From Nitrospirota bacterium (GTDB lineage: Bacteria > Nitrospirota > UBA9217): 64,000 bases of DNA. The DNA lies in contig CAVWHO010000017.1 of NCBI GenBank assembly GCA_963754875.1, positions 64,001-128,000 on the forward strand, written 5' to 3'. Positions 40,129 to 50,867 of the stretch are shown here, one piece after another. The stretch's first letter is position 1. Each line of letters opens with the position of its first letter. Position numbers and translations under genes: made by a program. The notes under the pieces were generated by a model. The model was not told where the DNA came from and did no database searches. It saw only the letters and a list, made by a program, of their open reading frames with translations.

Positions 40129-41427
40129 ATGTATAGCAAAATAGAATTCTTCCATGCCTTGATTCAAAACTCCTCAGACATCATCACGATTCTCAGCATT
40201 GATGGAACAGTACTCTATGAAAGCCCTTCAGTTGTTCGCATACTTGGCTATAATCAGGACGAATTAACCGGCAGTAACGCCTTCGAGATGATACACCCTG
40301 AAGACCTCCAAAAGGTCAGGAATGCTTTTGCCGAGGTTGTCGGGCATCGCGATTTAGCGCTGTCTGCCGACTTCCGCTTTCTGCACAAGGATGGGTCATG
40401 GCGCGCGCTCCATGCCACGGGAAGCAATCAACTTGCCAACCCCCTGATCGCCGGTATCGTGGTAAATTCCCGTGATATCACGGGGCGCAAACAAGCAGAA
40501 GAGAAGTTCCGGGAAAGCGAGGAACGATTCCGCAGAATCTTTGAGGACAGCCCCGTGGGCATTATTATCGTTGCACCGAACAATACGCTTCTCAAGGCTA
40601 ACAAGGCATTCTGCGAGATGCTAGGATATCCTGAAGAGGAACTTGTCGGACGCAGCATGAAAGAGCTTACTCACCCGGGGGATAGAGAAAAAAGTGCAAA
40701 AGCGTCACAGCAGTCTCAGAAGGGGGAAACCCCTCTCTTTCACCTTGAGAAACGATATCTCAAAAAGGACCAGGAAAGTCTCTGGGTTGACCTTAGCGCG
40801 ACCACGCTCCAAGATCAGGAAGGAAAGGTCCTCTATTCCCTGGGCATGGTTGAGGACATCGGTGAACGTAAAATTGCGGAACAGGAGAAAGAACAGCTTA
40901 TTACCGAACTTAGGGAAGCACTCGCCAAGATCAAGACATTGAAAGGGTTAATTCCCATTTGCGCCTGGTGCAAGAAGATTCGCGACGACAACGGGTACTG
41001 GACAAGAGTTGAAACCTATATCAGAGAGCATTCTGACGTAAGTTTCAGCCACTGTATATGCCCGACTTGTTTGAGCAAGGAAGACCCCGTTGCATACCAG
41101 GACATATTTACAGATGAAAAAAAAGCGGCGCAAGTCTCCAAATCTAAAATGGAGCATCGGAACATTGAACGTGTGAGGCTCCGGAAACCTGTGAATTGCG
41201 CCTTCAAGGTGGATTCCGGAGATTCGGGGAAAATGGTCATACATGCCACCCTCGAAGAGATCGACGATATGGGAATGTGCGTTAGGACAGATCATCTTCT
41301 TGAAGATGACTCCCTGTTATTCTCAAGCAGCGGCGCTGAGAATAAGATAGGAGTTGTCAAATGGAGAAAACCGGCCGCTTCCAAAGAGGGCGGCTACCGA
41401 GTCGGCATTCAATTTATCCAGGATTGA
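40129..41427 (+). CDS. PAS-PAS / Cys-motif / PilZ-like sensor with no kinase domain
   Basis: two PAS-PAC units; LIPICAWCKKIRDD.GYW...FSHCICPTC; C-terminal EHRNIER...GVVKW...VGIQF. Confidence 0.85.
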   Translation: MYSKIEFFHALIQNSSDIITILSIDGTVLYESPSVVRILGYNQDELTGSNAFEMIHPEDLQKVRNAFAEVVGHRDLALSADFRFLHKDGSWRALHATGSNQLANPLIAGIVVNSRDITGRKQAEEKFRESEERFRRIFEDSPVGIIIVAPNNTLLKANKAFCEMLGYPEEELVGRSMKELTHPGDREKSAKASQQSQKGETPLFHLEKRYLKKDQESLWVDLSATTLQDQEGKVLYSLGMVEDIGERKIAEQEKEQLITELREALAKIKTLKGLIPICAWCKKIRDDNGYWTRVETYIREHSDVSFSHCICPTCLSKEDPVAYQDIFTDEKKAAQVSKSKMEHRNIERVRLRKPVNCAFKVDSGDSGKMVIHATLEEIDDMGMCVRTDHLLEDDSLLFSSSGAENKIGVVKWRKPAASKEGGYRVGIQFIQD

Positions 41428-42264
41428 CATCACTGCACCAGCGAGAACTGCCCAGGAATACTTCACGGCAATCATCACCTGACGGGATTTCTGTAATTGA
41501 AGATATAATCTATACCGTTCACTGAGTAAAGTCCCGATGGCTGAGATTCCCGGAGCGAAGTCTTTTCTTTGAAGTAATTGTTGTTTCGCAATAGTTCTAC
41601 AATATTTTATCCTTCCTGTACTCTTTCCTTCTTCAAATCCTCTCATTGTGTAGCATATCCTCCAGACATCGGAGCATAAGCCTCAGCCGGAAAAAAATAA
41701 AACTACGAACCTTTTGAAAAAATGGGCGTAAGATTGTGGTACGGTAATTGCTCTTATTGAGTATATAAAAATTGAAGTGAAGTTCCCGGCCCGTCTATCT
41801 ATAGTACTAAAGGCCGGAGAGAAATTGCAGCAACTTCTTTTTAAGTAGACTTCATTTGAGCAGAGTCGTATTTTAAAAAGAATTGTCGGCAGAGCGCCGC
41901 CATCGGGCTGAAAGGAAACAGTCGGCAGAGAGATAATAATATAGAGCTTCATTCTTCAACGACCGGTTTTTTGTTGCGGGATTATAACATCGCCATAGAA
42001 CGAGCCTTTCATAGAGCTAATTCCCTCACGTCAAGCCATTGATCTTCCTGGAACGAATTCCAATAATCTGTCAACGTGTCGATGATGGGTGTTTTGCGGC
42101 TATTCTCTGTTTGAAATCGATAATGATCACGAGTAGAGGTAGTAGAAATAGATGAGACGATATGCAAAAAACTCGTCGTGAAGTTTTTTGTAACCTTTTC
42201 GTCGCTGCTTCGTCTAATTCACAATTGCGGTAAAAATCAGTTTAATTTATGGAGGATGGAATCA

Positions 42265-44109
42265 ATGCGAAAGCACAAGAAACTCAGGGTAATGCTGGCT
42301 CTCACTCTCTTAATCGGTTCACTGTCGCTTCTGTTTGGTTGCGGCGGAGCAGGGAGCAGCAGCTTAACGACTCCGGGAGGGAATAGCGGCACAACAGGCA
42401 CTAACGGCACAAACGGAATGATCAGCGGCACAGCGGTCAAGGGGCCGATCAGCGGAGGAACAGTAACGGCATTTGCCATCACTAATGGGACCATGGGCAT
42501 GCAACTGGCCAGTGGAACAACGGACAGTCAGGGAAATTTCAATATGTCAATCGGCGACTACACAGGTTCCCTCATGCTGCAGATGAGCGGCGGGACCTAC
42601 GTGGATGAGGCAACCGGCGCTACGGTGACCATGGCTCCCGGCGATGTGATGACCGCCGTTATTTCATCGTTATCTACCGGTACGACGATTACCGGCATTC
42701 AAGTAACCCCTCTCACCTCCATGGCCCAGGCAATGGCGAATAATATGGCGGGCGGCATGATGGATGCAAATATCACCGCAGCAAACACCGCAATAGGAAA
42801 TTACTTCATGGTAAACGATATCCTGCATACACAGCCCATGAACCCGCTGGTGTCCGGTTCAAGCACCACCGCGACCCTGGACATGAGGAACTACGGGATG
42901 GCAATAGCCGCCATGACGCAGTATGCAAAGAACATCGGGATGACGTCCTCGTCCGGCATTGTAACTTCGATGATGATTGATGCATCGGATGGGGTCTTGA
43001 ACGGCATGATGGGAAGCACGCAAATAACGATGGGCGGAATCGGCGGCGGCATGATGGGCGGTGGAACCATGATGCAGTCTACCGCGGGAACCACGGGCTT
43101 GGCAACTGCGATGACGCAATTCATGGGATCGGCCCTGAACCGGTCCGGCCTCACGCTTACGGACATGCAGACACTTATGGACCGCTTAGGCTCATCAAGC
43201 GGACAACTCCTGGGCACTGGCGGAGTAGTGACCGGCGGTACGGGGACCGGCGGGGTAGTAACAGGCGGAACAGGGACCGGTGGAATGATGAGTGGATTGA
43301 TCAGCGGAACGGCATTTAACGGACCCATGGCAGGCGGAACGGTAATGGCATTCGCAATCAACAACGGGACCACGGGCGCGCAACTCGCAAGCGGGGCGAC
43401 TGACACAGAGGGGAACTTTATGATGTCCCTCGGCAATTACTCCGGCCCGCTTATGCTTCAGGTGAACGGCGGAGCATATACGGATTTAGCGACAGGCACA
43501 ACAGTCAGCATGACGGCGGTCTATGGAATGACTGCCATCATGCCATCGATATCGGCCGGCGCTACGATAACCGGGATTCAAATAACCCCGCTCACTTCCA
43601 TGGCCCAGACAATGGCGATAAATATGGCGGGCGGCATGACGAATGCAAATATCACGGCAGCGAACACAGCAGTAGGAAATTACTTCATGGTATCCGATAT
43701 TCTCGGCACCCAGCCTTTAAACCCGCTGGTTTCGGGATCCGGAACCGGCGCAACGCAAGATACGAGAAATTACGGGATGACGATAGCCGCCATGTCGCAG
43801 TACGCGAAGAACATCGGGATGACCAACTCATCAGGAATCATATCGGCCATGATGAGTGACGCATCGGATGGAATCATGAACGGCAAGACAGGAAGCACCC
43901 AGATAACTCTTTCCGGCATGGGAAGCGGGATGGGAGGCGGCATGATGGGCGGCGGTGGCACCATGATGCAGGGCACTGCCGGGACAAGCGGGTTGGCAAC
44001 TGCAATGACGGATTTCATGGGCTCATCGACGAACAAATCAGGTCTTTCAATCACGGACATGCAGACCCTCATCAACGCGTTGACTGCGTCAAACGGAACG
44101 ATCCAGTAA
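42265..44109 (+). CDS. Met/Gly/Thr-rich lipoprotein with a duplicated ~270-aa domain
   Basis: lipobox LFGC; two copies of ISGTA..GP..GGTV.AFAI.NGT...QITPLTSMAQ...YGM.IAAM.QYAKNIGM. Confidence 0.85.
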   Translation: MRKHKKLRVMLALTLLIGSLSLLFGCGGAGSSSLTTPGGNSGTTGTNGTNGMISGTAVKGPISGGTVTAFAITNGTMGMQLASGTTDSQGNFNMSIGDYTGSLMLQMSGGTYVDEATGATVTMAPGDVMTAVISSLSTGTTITGIQVTPLTSMAQAMANNMAGGMMDANITAANTAIGNYFMVNDILHTQPMNPLVSGSSTTATLDMRNYGMAIAAMTQYAKNIGMTSSSGIVTSMMIDASDGVLNGMMGSTQITMGGIGGGMMGGGTMMQSTAGTTGLATAMTQFMGSALNRSGLTLTDMQTLMDRLGSSSGQLLGTGGVVTGGTGTGGVVTGGTGTGGMMSGLISGTAFNGPMAGGTVMAFAINNGTTGAQLASGATDTEGNFMMSLGNYSGPLMLQVNGGAYTDLATGTTVSMTAVYGMTAIMPSISAGATITGIQITPLTSMAQTMAINMAGGMTNANITAANTAVGNYFMVSDILGTQPLNPLVSGSGTGATQDTRNYGMTIAAMSQYAKNIGMTNSSGIISAMMSDASDGIMNGKTGSTQITLSGMGSGMGGGMMGGGGTMMQGTAGTSGLATAMTDFMGSSTNKSGLSITDMQTLINALTASNGTIQ

Positions 44110-44150
44110 AGAGATGCTGTTGGATTGAGTTCAGCTTCGTCTAAAATAGC

Positions 44151-44187
44151 AATGGCAGCCGGAAATCAACCTGGCTGCCATTTTTTT
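44151..44187 (+). terminator. intrinsic terminator after lipoprotein gene
   Basis: ATGGCAGCC-loop-GGCTGCCAT followed by a T run. Confidence 0.75.
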
Positions 44188-44366
44188 ATAATAATTAAAA
44201 TATATTCCAAGGCTAACAGGCTGCCACACTGGAAAGCCGCGCATTTTGAAGAACCCGTCCAATCATCCCCTGCATAAGATGGCGAACAAATCTCTTCTTT
44301 CCCAGCATATCTAGCGTCCAAATGAGATGTTGTATTCCAAAGCGTGCTGCATTGTCGCGTTTAAAT

Positions 44367-45774
44367 TGTCAAATGTCAGGACATCGGTTACCCGTTTCTA
44401 ATGGTCCGAAATGTCAAGACATCGGTTACCCAAGGCTGGTAACGGAGTCCTCAGGTAGTAAGTCTTCAGGCAATCGGTACTCGAAAGTATCGACAGTGTC
44501 GTTCCCGAGGTAGAGCTGCACTGAATGGATTTTCGTCACAATTTGTGCCCTTACGTAAGAGTATACGAGGTCTTTTGATACCTCGAAGCGTTCACCGAAG
44601 ATGTCGAGTTTCCGATCACTTCGAATGAACCGAATGACAGAAATACATCCATCCGGAATGAAGCTGAGGTCAGGCATCTTGGTATTCGATCCTACTGTTA
44701 CCGGCGTAAAATTGTAGGCGGCCTGCCTCATCTCAAAAGGGGTTTTTCCCTTAAGGAAGCTGTAACGGTGATACTTGTTGTGAAACCGCTGGAAATTCTT
44801 GCTCTGCCGCTTCAGAACGGTATAGCTTGAAAACCATTGTCTGTGGTAGAACTTTTTGTCGTAGGTGTTGTTAAAATGCTCAACGACGCCGTTGCGCCAC
44901 GGTTCGGCAATCGGGATAAAGACCGGATGGACACCATAGGCCAAGCAAAGCCGTATGACCATTCCGAAAGATCGGGGGTAACGATTGCTGCCGCGGAAGT
45001 TCAGCGCATTGTCCATCTGGAGATAATCAGGAATCCCCATGGTCTTCCAGCAGCGTAAAAGCCCATGGCAGACGTGGGAATCCTCCTTTGTTCTTTGAGC
45101 CTCTATGTATACTTCACGGTCGAACAGATCGATAACGTTCATCGAATAGAATCTGCCGTCTCCTTTAATGTAACGCGGTCCTACCAGATCCATCTGGTGA
45201 ATGTTGTTGCTGCACAGAGCTTCGATGAAGTAAGGGTATTCGACCCCTTTCGGTACATAGGCTGTTTTTTTTTACGAGCCCTTCGCGCTTCAGCACTCGG
45301 TTAATTGTACTATCCGAAGGGAACGGTAAATCCTGCTTCTTGAGTTCCCACTTGATGGCCGAGACACCGATCTGGGAATAGGGAGCAGCTACCAACTGTT
45401 GTCTGGTCGAAAGGATGCGCTCTTTTTCTTCCTGGTCGATCTCTGAGGGCCTTGTTTTGGGAGCCCGGGATTGTTCTTTGTACCAGTCTGGTGCTCCGGT
45501 CTGATAGCGGTTCAGCCATTTGAAGAACCACTTTTTGGATCGGTTCAAGCTGGTATAGACATCCTTGGGTGATTCACCTCCTTGGATGTGTCTATTAATT
45601 GCGGTTTGTCTTAGTTCTTCTTCCATCAGTGCTCTCCTTTGACGATCTCGGATAAGGAGAGCATGATAGCATTAAATGCAGACTAGGACACCGATGTCCT
45701 GATGTAAAAAAAATGACGTTTCGGGTAACCGATGTCTTGACACATCTGGGTAACCGATGTCCTGAAACTTGTCA
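44367..45774 (-). mobile_element. IS481-like insertion sequence
   Basis: terminal IRs TGTCAAATGTCAGGACATCGGTTACCC and (rev-comp) TGACAAGTTTCAGGACATCGGTTACCC; extra internal copies of GACATCGGT; flanks TTAAAT / TTTAAT (imperfect 6-bp TSD). Confidence 0.85.
44426..45626 (-). CDS. DDE (rve) transposase split into two frames at an A9 run (HTH part 45165-45626, catalytic part 44426-~45265)
   Basis: HTH SKKWFFKWLNRY; catalytic QMDLVG / QMDNAL / NGVVEHFN; downstream frame reads TAYVPKGVEYP from the A9 tract. Confidence 0.85.
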
Positions 45775-45998
45775 TTTAATACTTAAAGCGCATTGACATG
45801 GATGACATGTTGCGATACTTATAAATTGTGAAATAGATTTTGTGTGAAATTTTGCGAAAAGTTTTCGTTGCCCTAAAGTTTGCCACGGCTGCGTGAACAA
45901 CGGGGCCGGCAATGCAAAACTCCAGGGCGCAAATCCGGTGCAAAGCCGCAAGGCCTGCCGCGGAAGAAATGAATCACCAAGAAAGGAGGAGCAGCCTT

Positions 45999-46823
45999 AT
46001 GGAACGAAAAACAAACACCATAGTGCTCATTCACGGCTTGTGGCTGACTCCGCGAAGCTGGGAGTCTTTCCGCGCGTTCTATGAAGCGCACGGGTACAAA
46101 GTGCTCGCTCCGGCGTGGCCGCGATTCCAGGGAGAGGTTGAAGATATCCGCCGCGACCCATCGGCCTTAGCAGGGCTGGGTGTGGTCGAGATTGCCGACC
46201 ATTACGAGCAGTTCATTAAATCCCTGGACGGGCCGCCCATCATTATGGGGCATTCTTTCGGGGGACTCATCGTGCAGATACTTCTGGACCGGGGCCTGGG
46301 CGCGGCCGGGGTCGGCATCGATTCCGTCGCTCCGAAAGGAGTTTCCCGATTGCCCTTTTCTGCACTCAAGGCGGCGAGCGGCGTCCTGTCGAACCCCTTA
46401 AACTACAGGCGCGTCCCGCCATTCACGTTCAGACAATTTCGCTATGCATTCGGCAACAATGTGAGCGAGGAAGACGCCCGGAAGTTCTATGAGCGGTATG
46501 CCATTCCCGGTCCCGGCCGCCCGATATTCCAGGTTGCCACCGCGAACCTAAACCCTCGTGCGGCCACCAAAGTGAACTACGGCAACAGCAGGCGTGCGCC
46601 GCTCCTCTTGCTCGCGGGCAGCGAGGACCATCAGGTGCCGGTCTCGATGGTCCGGGAGAACGTGAGGAGGTATGTCCGTTCAATGGCAACCACAGTGTTC
46701 AAGGAATTTCCCGGGCGCTCGCATCTTATTGCAATCCAGGATGGCTGGCAAGAGGTCGCAGGGTACGCATTGTCGTGGGCAGAAAGCCAGATTGAAAGCG
46801 GCGGATTGCGAAAGGCGGCGTAA
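45999..46823 (+). CDS. alpha/beta hydrolase
   Basis: IVLIHGLW, GHSFGG nucleophile motif, GSEDH, RSH; RBS AGGAGGAG. Confidence 0.92.
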   Translation: MERKTNTIVLIHGLWLTPRSWESFRAFYEAHGYKVLAPAWPRFQGEVEDIRRDPSALAGLGVVEIADHYEQFIKSLDGPPIIMGHSFGGLIVQILLDRGLGAAGVGIDSVAPKGVSRLPFSALKAASGVLSNPLNYRRVPPFTFRQFRYAFGNNVSEEDARKFYERYAIPGPGRPIFQVATANLNPRAATKVNYGNSRRAPLLLLAGSEDHQVPVSMVRENVRRYVRSMATTVFKEFPGRSHLIAIQDGWQEVAGYALSWAESQIESGGLRKAA

Positions 46824-46865
46824 CGGAATCAGGCAAGGGAAGTTGCAGCAGAAAAAAGGCGGGTG

Positions 46866-47627
46866 TTACAGTTCCCGGGGCGCTCTGTGCTTCGAGTTTC
46901 TTTCCTTTTGCTTTGCGGGATCGTCAGTAAGCGAGATCGCGCCATCTTCGCCGTAGCCGACGAAGATCGTGTAATGCGGAGTAACGGACACGTCCACCCC
47001 GGTGCCGTTGTACAGTTTCAGGATCCTCTGCACGTAGCTCTGTGTTTCCGGGAAGGGCGGGACGGTGCCCCATTTTTTTACGGCAGTCTCTCCGGCATTA
47101 TACGCTGCGAGGGCGAGCGACAAATTCCCGTCATACCGGTCGATAAGGTACCGCAGGTAGCGTACGCCGCCATCGACGTTCTCGTGGGGATTGAAGATAT
47201 TTTGCACGTTCATGATGCTGGCAGTCTGCGGCATGAGCTGCATAAGTCCCATGGCGCCTTTCCTGGACAGCGCATAGGGGTTGAAGCCCGACTCGACCTT
47301 TACGATCGCGTGGACCAGCTTGGGGTCTACACCATTGCGGTAGCAGGCGTTGTTGATGACAGCGACATAGTCAACGGGTGCATTTGTCGAGGTAAGGGAC
47401 GCTGTATCAGGAGCGGGGGAAACGGGTGTGGCATGCCGCGGATGCTTCGGCTCGGACCTTACTTTCTTGAATTTTTTAGCGTTGCCGACCCCGACATTGC
47501 TGAAATGGATGACGCCGTCCTGGTCGGTATATTGATAGATGTCGGCCACAGCGTGCCGGACAGGAAGGCAAAGGAAGGCAGTCAGGGCGCAAACGAGTTT
47601 TGCACGGCGTATCATCAAGGACCTCAT
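46866..47627 (-). CDS. lytic transglycosylase (SLT) with N-terminal DUF4124-like domain
   Basis: ADIYQYTDQDGVIHFSN; IVKVESGFNP.ALSRKGAMGLMQLMP; ALAAYNAG; ETQSYV. Confidence 0.93.
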   Translation of the reverse strand: MRSLMIRRAKLVCALTAFLCLPVRHAVADIYQYTDQDGVIHFSNVGVGNAKKFKKVRSEPKHPRHATPVSPAPDTASLTSTNAPVDYVAVINNACYRNGVDPKLVHAIVKVESGFNPYALSRKGAMGLMQLMPQTASIMNVQNIFNPHENVDGGVRYLRYLIDRYDGNLSLALAAYNAGETAVKKWGTVPPFPETQSYVQRILKLYNGTGVDVSVTPHYTIFVGYGEDGAISLTDDPAKQKERNSKHRAPREL

Positions 47628-48185
47628 GCCGAGGGTTTCGGACAATGAATGCTTTGGCGTAAGGCAATGCATTAGATACATTATAAATTACTAAAAACTG
47701 TTTTGTCAACTAAATATTGGCTGAATAACGAGGCTCGAAACAAGCCCGCCTCTTCCTCAGAGAGACCGTGTTTATCATTTTATCGGCAAAAAGGGCACTT
47801 TCCTTTAATCGCAGATACGGGAATAAAGTTATTGCGATTAAATATGACGCGAAACCTCAAAATATCAATTGTTTAGTTTTCCCCGGTTTTTCTATCAGCT
47901 CCAACTTTCAAGACCCTCCCCTCAAAAAATTCATCGGAATATTTGACAGCAAAAAGTCTGTTGATCGCGCTTGCCTGACCTGGTGATGATGATTTTTTGC
48001 AGGAAAAAGCATTATGTCAATCCGGTCCCTATGGGACTGGGAATGCCCGGTCCATTCCTCATCTATATGGAGAAGAATCTGGCCCCCCCCCAAACACGCG
48101 GGAGTCAATTGCAAAGCCGTAAAAAATTTCGGTTAATTTTTTATGGATGCGTATACGCCTCGACTTGCCCCTTTAATCATAAGGT

Positions 48186-48242
48186 GTAGCTCGTCGGGCT
48201 CATAACACGAAGGCGAGGGGTTCAAATCCGGTCCCTCGCTAC
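48186..48242 (+). pseudogene. degenerate tRNA-fMet copy (3' three-quarters)
   Basis: GTAGCTCGTCGGGCTCATAACaCGAAGG...GGTTCAAATCCGG..CCTCGCTAC aligns to tRNA 52027-52103 with stem-breaking changes. Confidence 0.75.
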
Positions 48243-48346
48243 TGCCGCTGTACGGCGTAAGGATCCTCTGCACGTAATTCTGCGCTTCCGGGCGGGACCG
48301 TTCCCAATTCTTAATGGCGGTCTCGCCGGCGTTATACGCTGCGAGC
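48243..48346 (-). pseudogene. diverged duplicate fragment of the SLT gene
   Basis: aligns to ~47003-47111; LAAYNAGETAIKNW..EAQNYVQRIL vs LAAYNAGETAVKKW..ETQSYVQRIL. Confidence 0.8.
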
Positions 48347-49222
48347 CCCATAAACGGGGGGGGAGAGTGAAGAATTTTGAAGAGAGCGTCTTTGAATACA
48401 GACTGCTCGTTTTTATTGGTTTGTTCATACGATTGGGAAACGGACCATCGATCTCTTGAAGAATCCGGAGAATAGCTACCAGTCGTTCCGATTGATTTCT
48501 TCCACCTAATACAAACGCACTAAGTCATGTTACAAAGTCTTCTGATTTTGCGTCTTGACCATGATTCAAGCGATCTCTGGACGGTGCCCCAGATCGCAAC
48601 GAGATTATCGAACCAGCGATTGGTAGTTGATTCATACCGAATTTGACGCCATATCCTCTCCTGCATATTCAAGGCGGCTGATAGGGAGGCAAATACACTA
48701 TTCGAAGCCGTTTATGCTTTTTCAGAAACTCTCGGATCGGATCGCCCTTATGCCAACGTGCTCGGTCAACATACAGCCAAACCGTGTAACCGCGAAGTCG
48801 GCGATAAAGGTGTTGCAACACCTTAAGGGGTATAGTTCCGGTAACATGAATTATGAGTCAACGTACTTTTTCAATATTCAGTTGGGTAACATTTATTGCG
48901 GGTCAATTCGAGCTTTACATTGACTTTGCAAAATTTAGTGATAAAATGTTATCGTAATTGTTTCTCTTTTCACAATCACTCCTTTTCATGCTATCTCGGA
49001 AAATAAGCTAAGCGCATTATTCTGATTCTGTAGCCAAATAAAAATCTGTCATCAGTCCTTGTTGACAGTTTACGAAGATGCACCTGCTCATAATAATTGT
49101 CACTGTTGTTGTAAACTGTACTAATATCGTCCCGTTTAGGGTGAACAGATGCATAGTGCTTTGCTGAACCATTCAGAATGTAAGACCCGCAATCCATCTC
49201 ACAATGAAAAAGGGAGGCTTCC

Positions 49223-50695
49223 ATGAAAAGATTTACCATTTTTGCCATGATAGCGGTTCTGGTTCTTGGAGCTGCGATATTCCTTGGCGCCTGCTCCGGT
49301 GGCGGCGGTGGTGGCAGCAGTAGCAGTTCATCATCGAGCAGTGGCGGGTCAACCACATATACTGTATCCTATAATGGCAACGGCAGTACCGGCGGCACCG
49401 TCCCGGTTGACGCGACCAACTACGCGGCGGGGCAGACCGTCACGGTGCTCGGCAATACAGGAAGCCTCGCATATACCGGCTATTCCTTCCTGGGCTGGAA
49501 CACGCTGTCTAACGGAACCGGAACGACCTATACACCAGGGCAGACTTTCACGATGGGTACGGCAGATGTTAGCCTGTACGCGGATTGGATCATAGGCTTT
49601 GCCTACGTGGCGAACAGCGGCGATGGTACCGTCTCTCAGTACACGATCGGCATGGATGGAACGCTCTCAGCCATAACTCCATCCACGGTTGCGGCGGGGT
49701 CGGGTCCCTACTCCGTCACGGTCGACCCCTCGGGCAAGTACGCCTACGTGGCGAATGAGTACGACAACACCGTCTCGCAGTACACGATTGGTGCGGACGG
49801 GTCTTTGACATCTATGGCAACGGCCACGGTTGCGGCGGGGACGAATCCCTGGTCCGTCACGGTCGACCCCAAGGGTCCGTACGTCTACGTGGCGGACTCT
49901 AACGCGTCGCTTAGCGGCACCGGCGTCTCCGGCATCTCGCAGTACACGATCGGCTCGAATGGGGCGCTTACACCCATGAGCCCGGCCATAGTCGCGGCGG
50001 GGAATGTACCCTATGTCGTCACGGTCGACCCCACGGGCAAGTATGTCTACGTGGCGAACGATAGCCCCTCTCTTACGCCCAGCACCACCTTCTTGGTATC
50101 GCAGTACACGATCGGCACGAATGGGGCGCTTACTCCCATGAGCCCGGCCACGGTCGAGGTGGGAGGGATGTATCCCACTTCCATTACTGTTGACCCTTCG
50201 GGAAAGTACGCCTATGTGACGAACTTCGGCGGCAACGTCGCGCAGTACACGATCGGCACGGGTGGCACGCTCTCAGCCATGACCCCATCCACCGTCGCGG
50301 CGGGGTCAGAGCCCACTTCCGTCGCGGTCGACCCCTCGAGTAAGTACGCCTACGTGACGAACTCTAACGACAACACCGTCTCGCAATACACGATCGGCAC
50401 GGATGGGGCGCTCACGCCCATGAGCCCACCCACGGTCGCGACGGAGACGAGTCCCAATTCCGTCACGGTCGACCCCTCGGGCAAATACGCCTATGTGGCG
50501 AACGTCAGCAGCGACAACATCGCTCAGTACAGGATCGACACAAATGGGGTGCTCACACTTTTGAGCCAACCCACGGTCCCGGCGGGGACGGGTCCCTGGT
50601 CCATCATCACCACCGTGGACAAGCAGCCTTCACCCGCCGCGAACTCAGGGATATGGGATTTATCTGAATGGGACAACGCCCAGTGGGGAACGTAA
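49223..50695 (+). CDS. lipoprotein: InlB B-repeat-like domain + lactonase-type beta-propeller + Trp-rich tail
   Basis: lipobox LGAC, Gly/Ser linker; YTVSYNGNG...GY.F.GWNT...LYADW; seven repeats of (VDPSGKY)AYVAN...VSQYTIG; ends WDLSEWDNAQWGT. Confidence 0.88.
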   Translation: MKRFTIFAMIAVLVLGAAIFLGACSGGGGGGSSSSSSSSSGGSTTYTVSYNGNGSTGGTVPVDATNYAAGQTVTVLGNTGSLAYTGYSFLGWNTLSNGTGTTYTPGQTFTMGTADVSLYADWIIGFAYVANSGDGTVSQYTIGMDGTLSAITPSTVAAGSGPYSVTVDPSGKYAYVANEYDNTVSQYTIGADGSLTSMATATVAAGTNPWSVTVDPKGPYVYVADSNASLSGTGVSGISQYTIGSNGALTPMSPAIVAAGNVPYVVTVDPTGKYVYVANDSPSLTPSTTFLVSQYTIGTNGALTPMSPATVEVGGMYPTSITVDPSGKYAYVTNFGGNVAQYTIGTGGTLSAMTPSTVAAGSEPTSVAVDPSSKYAYVTNSNDNTVSQYTIGTDGALTPMSPPTVATETSPNSVTVDPSGKYAYVANVSSDNIAQYRIDTNGVLTLLSQPTVPAGTGPWSIITTVDKQPSPAANSGIWDLSEWDNAQWGT

Positions 50696-50867
50696 GCTAA
50701 ACAGGCACGATGATCGTTCTTCATCGAAAAAGAAGAGGAGGGTTAATATGATTAGCGCTCTAAGCAAGAATTACGTCAAAACCGCATTTCGAATTTTAAA
50801 AATGAATAAAAAAAATTAGGGTGAGCAGCGTGGAAAAATACAATCAAATCGCAAAGGAGACGTTATT

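Noticed and set aside
45870..45965. Possible c-di-GMP-I riboswitch upstream of the hydrolase (GCAAA motifs)
   Set aside because: I could not build the GGCAAAC..GAAA..GGACGCAAAGC architecture; an Infernal search would be needed.
46863..47648. Long antisense ORFs (e.g. 46863-47648, 3071-4072, 9290-10141, 21459-22286)
   Set aside because: Shadow frames of well-supported genes in GC-rich DNA.
48520..48870. Possible IS remnant (ORF 48627-48923 resembles ghost ORFs seen in IS elements)
   Set aside because: No transposase motif or paired terminal repeat could be identified by eye.
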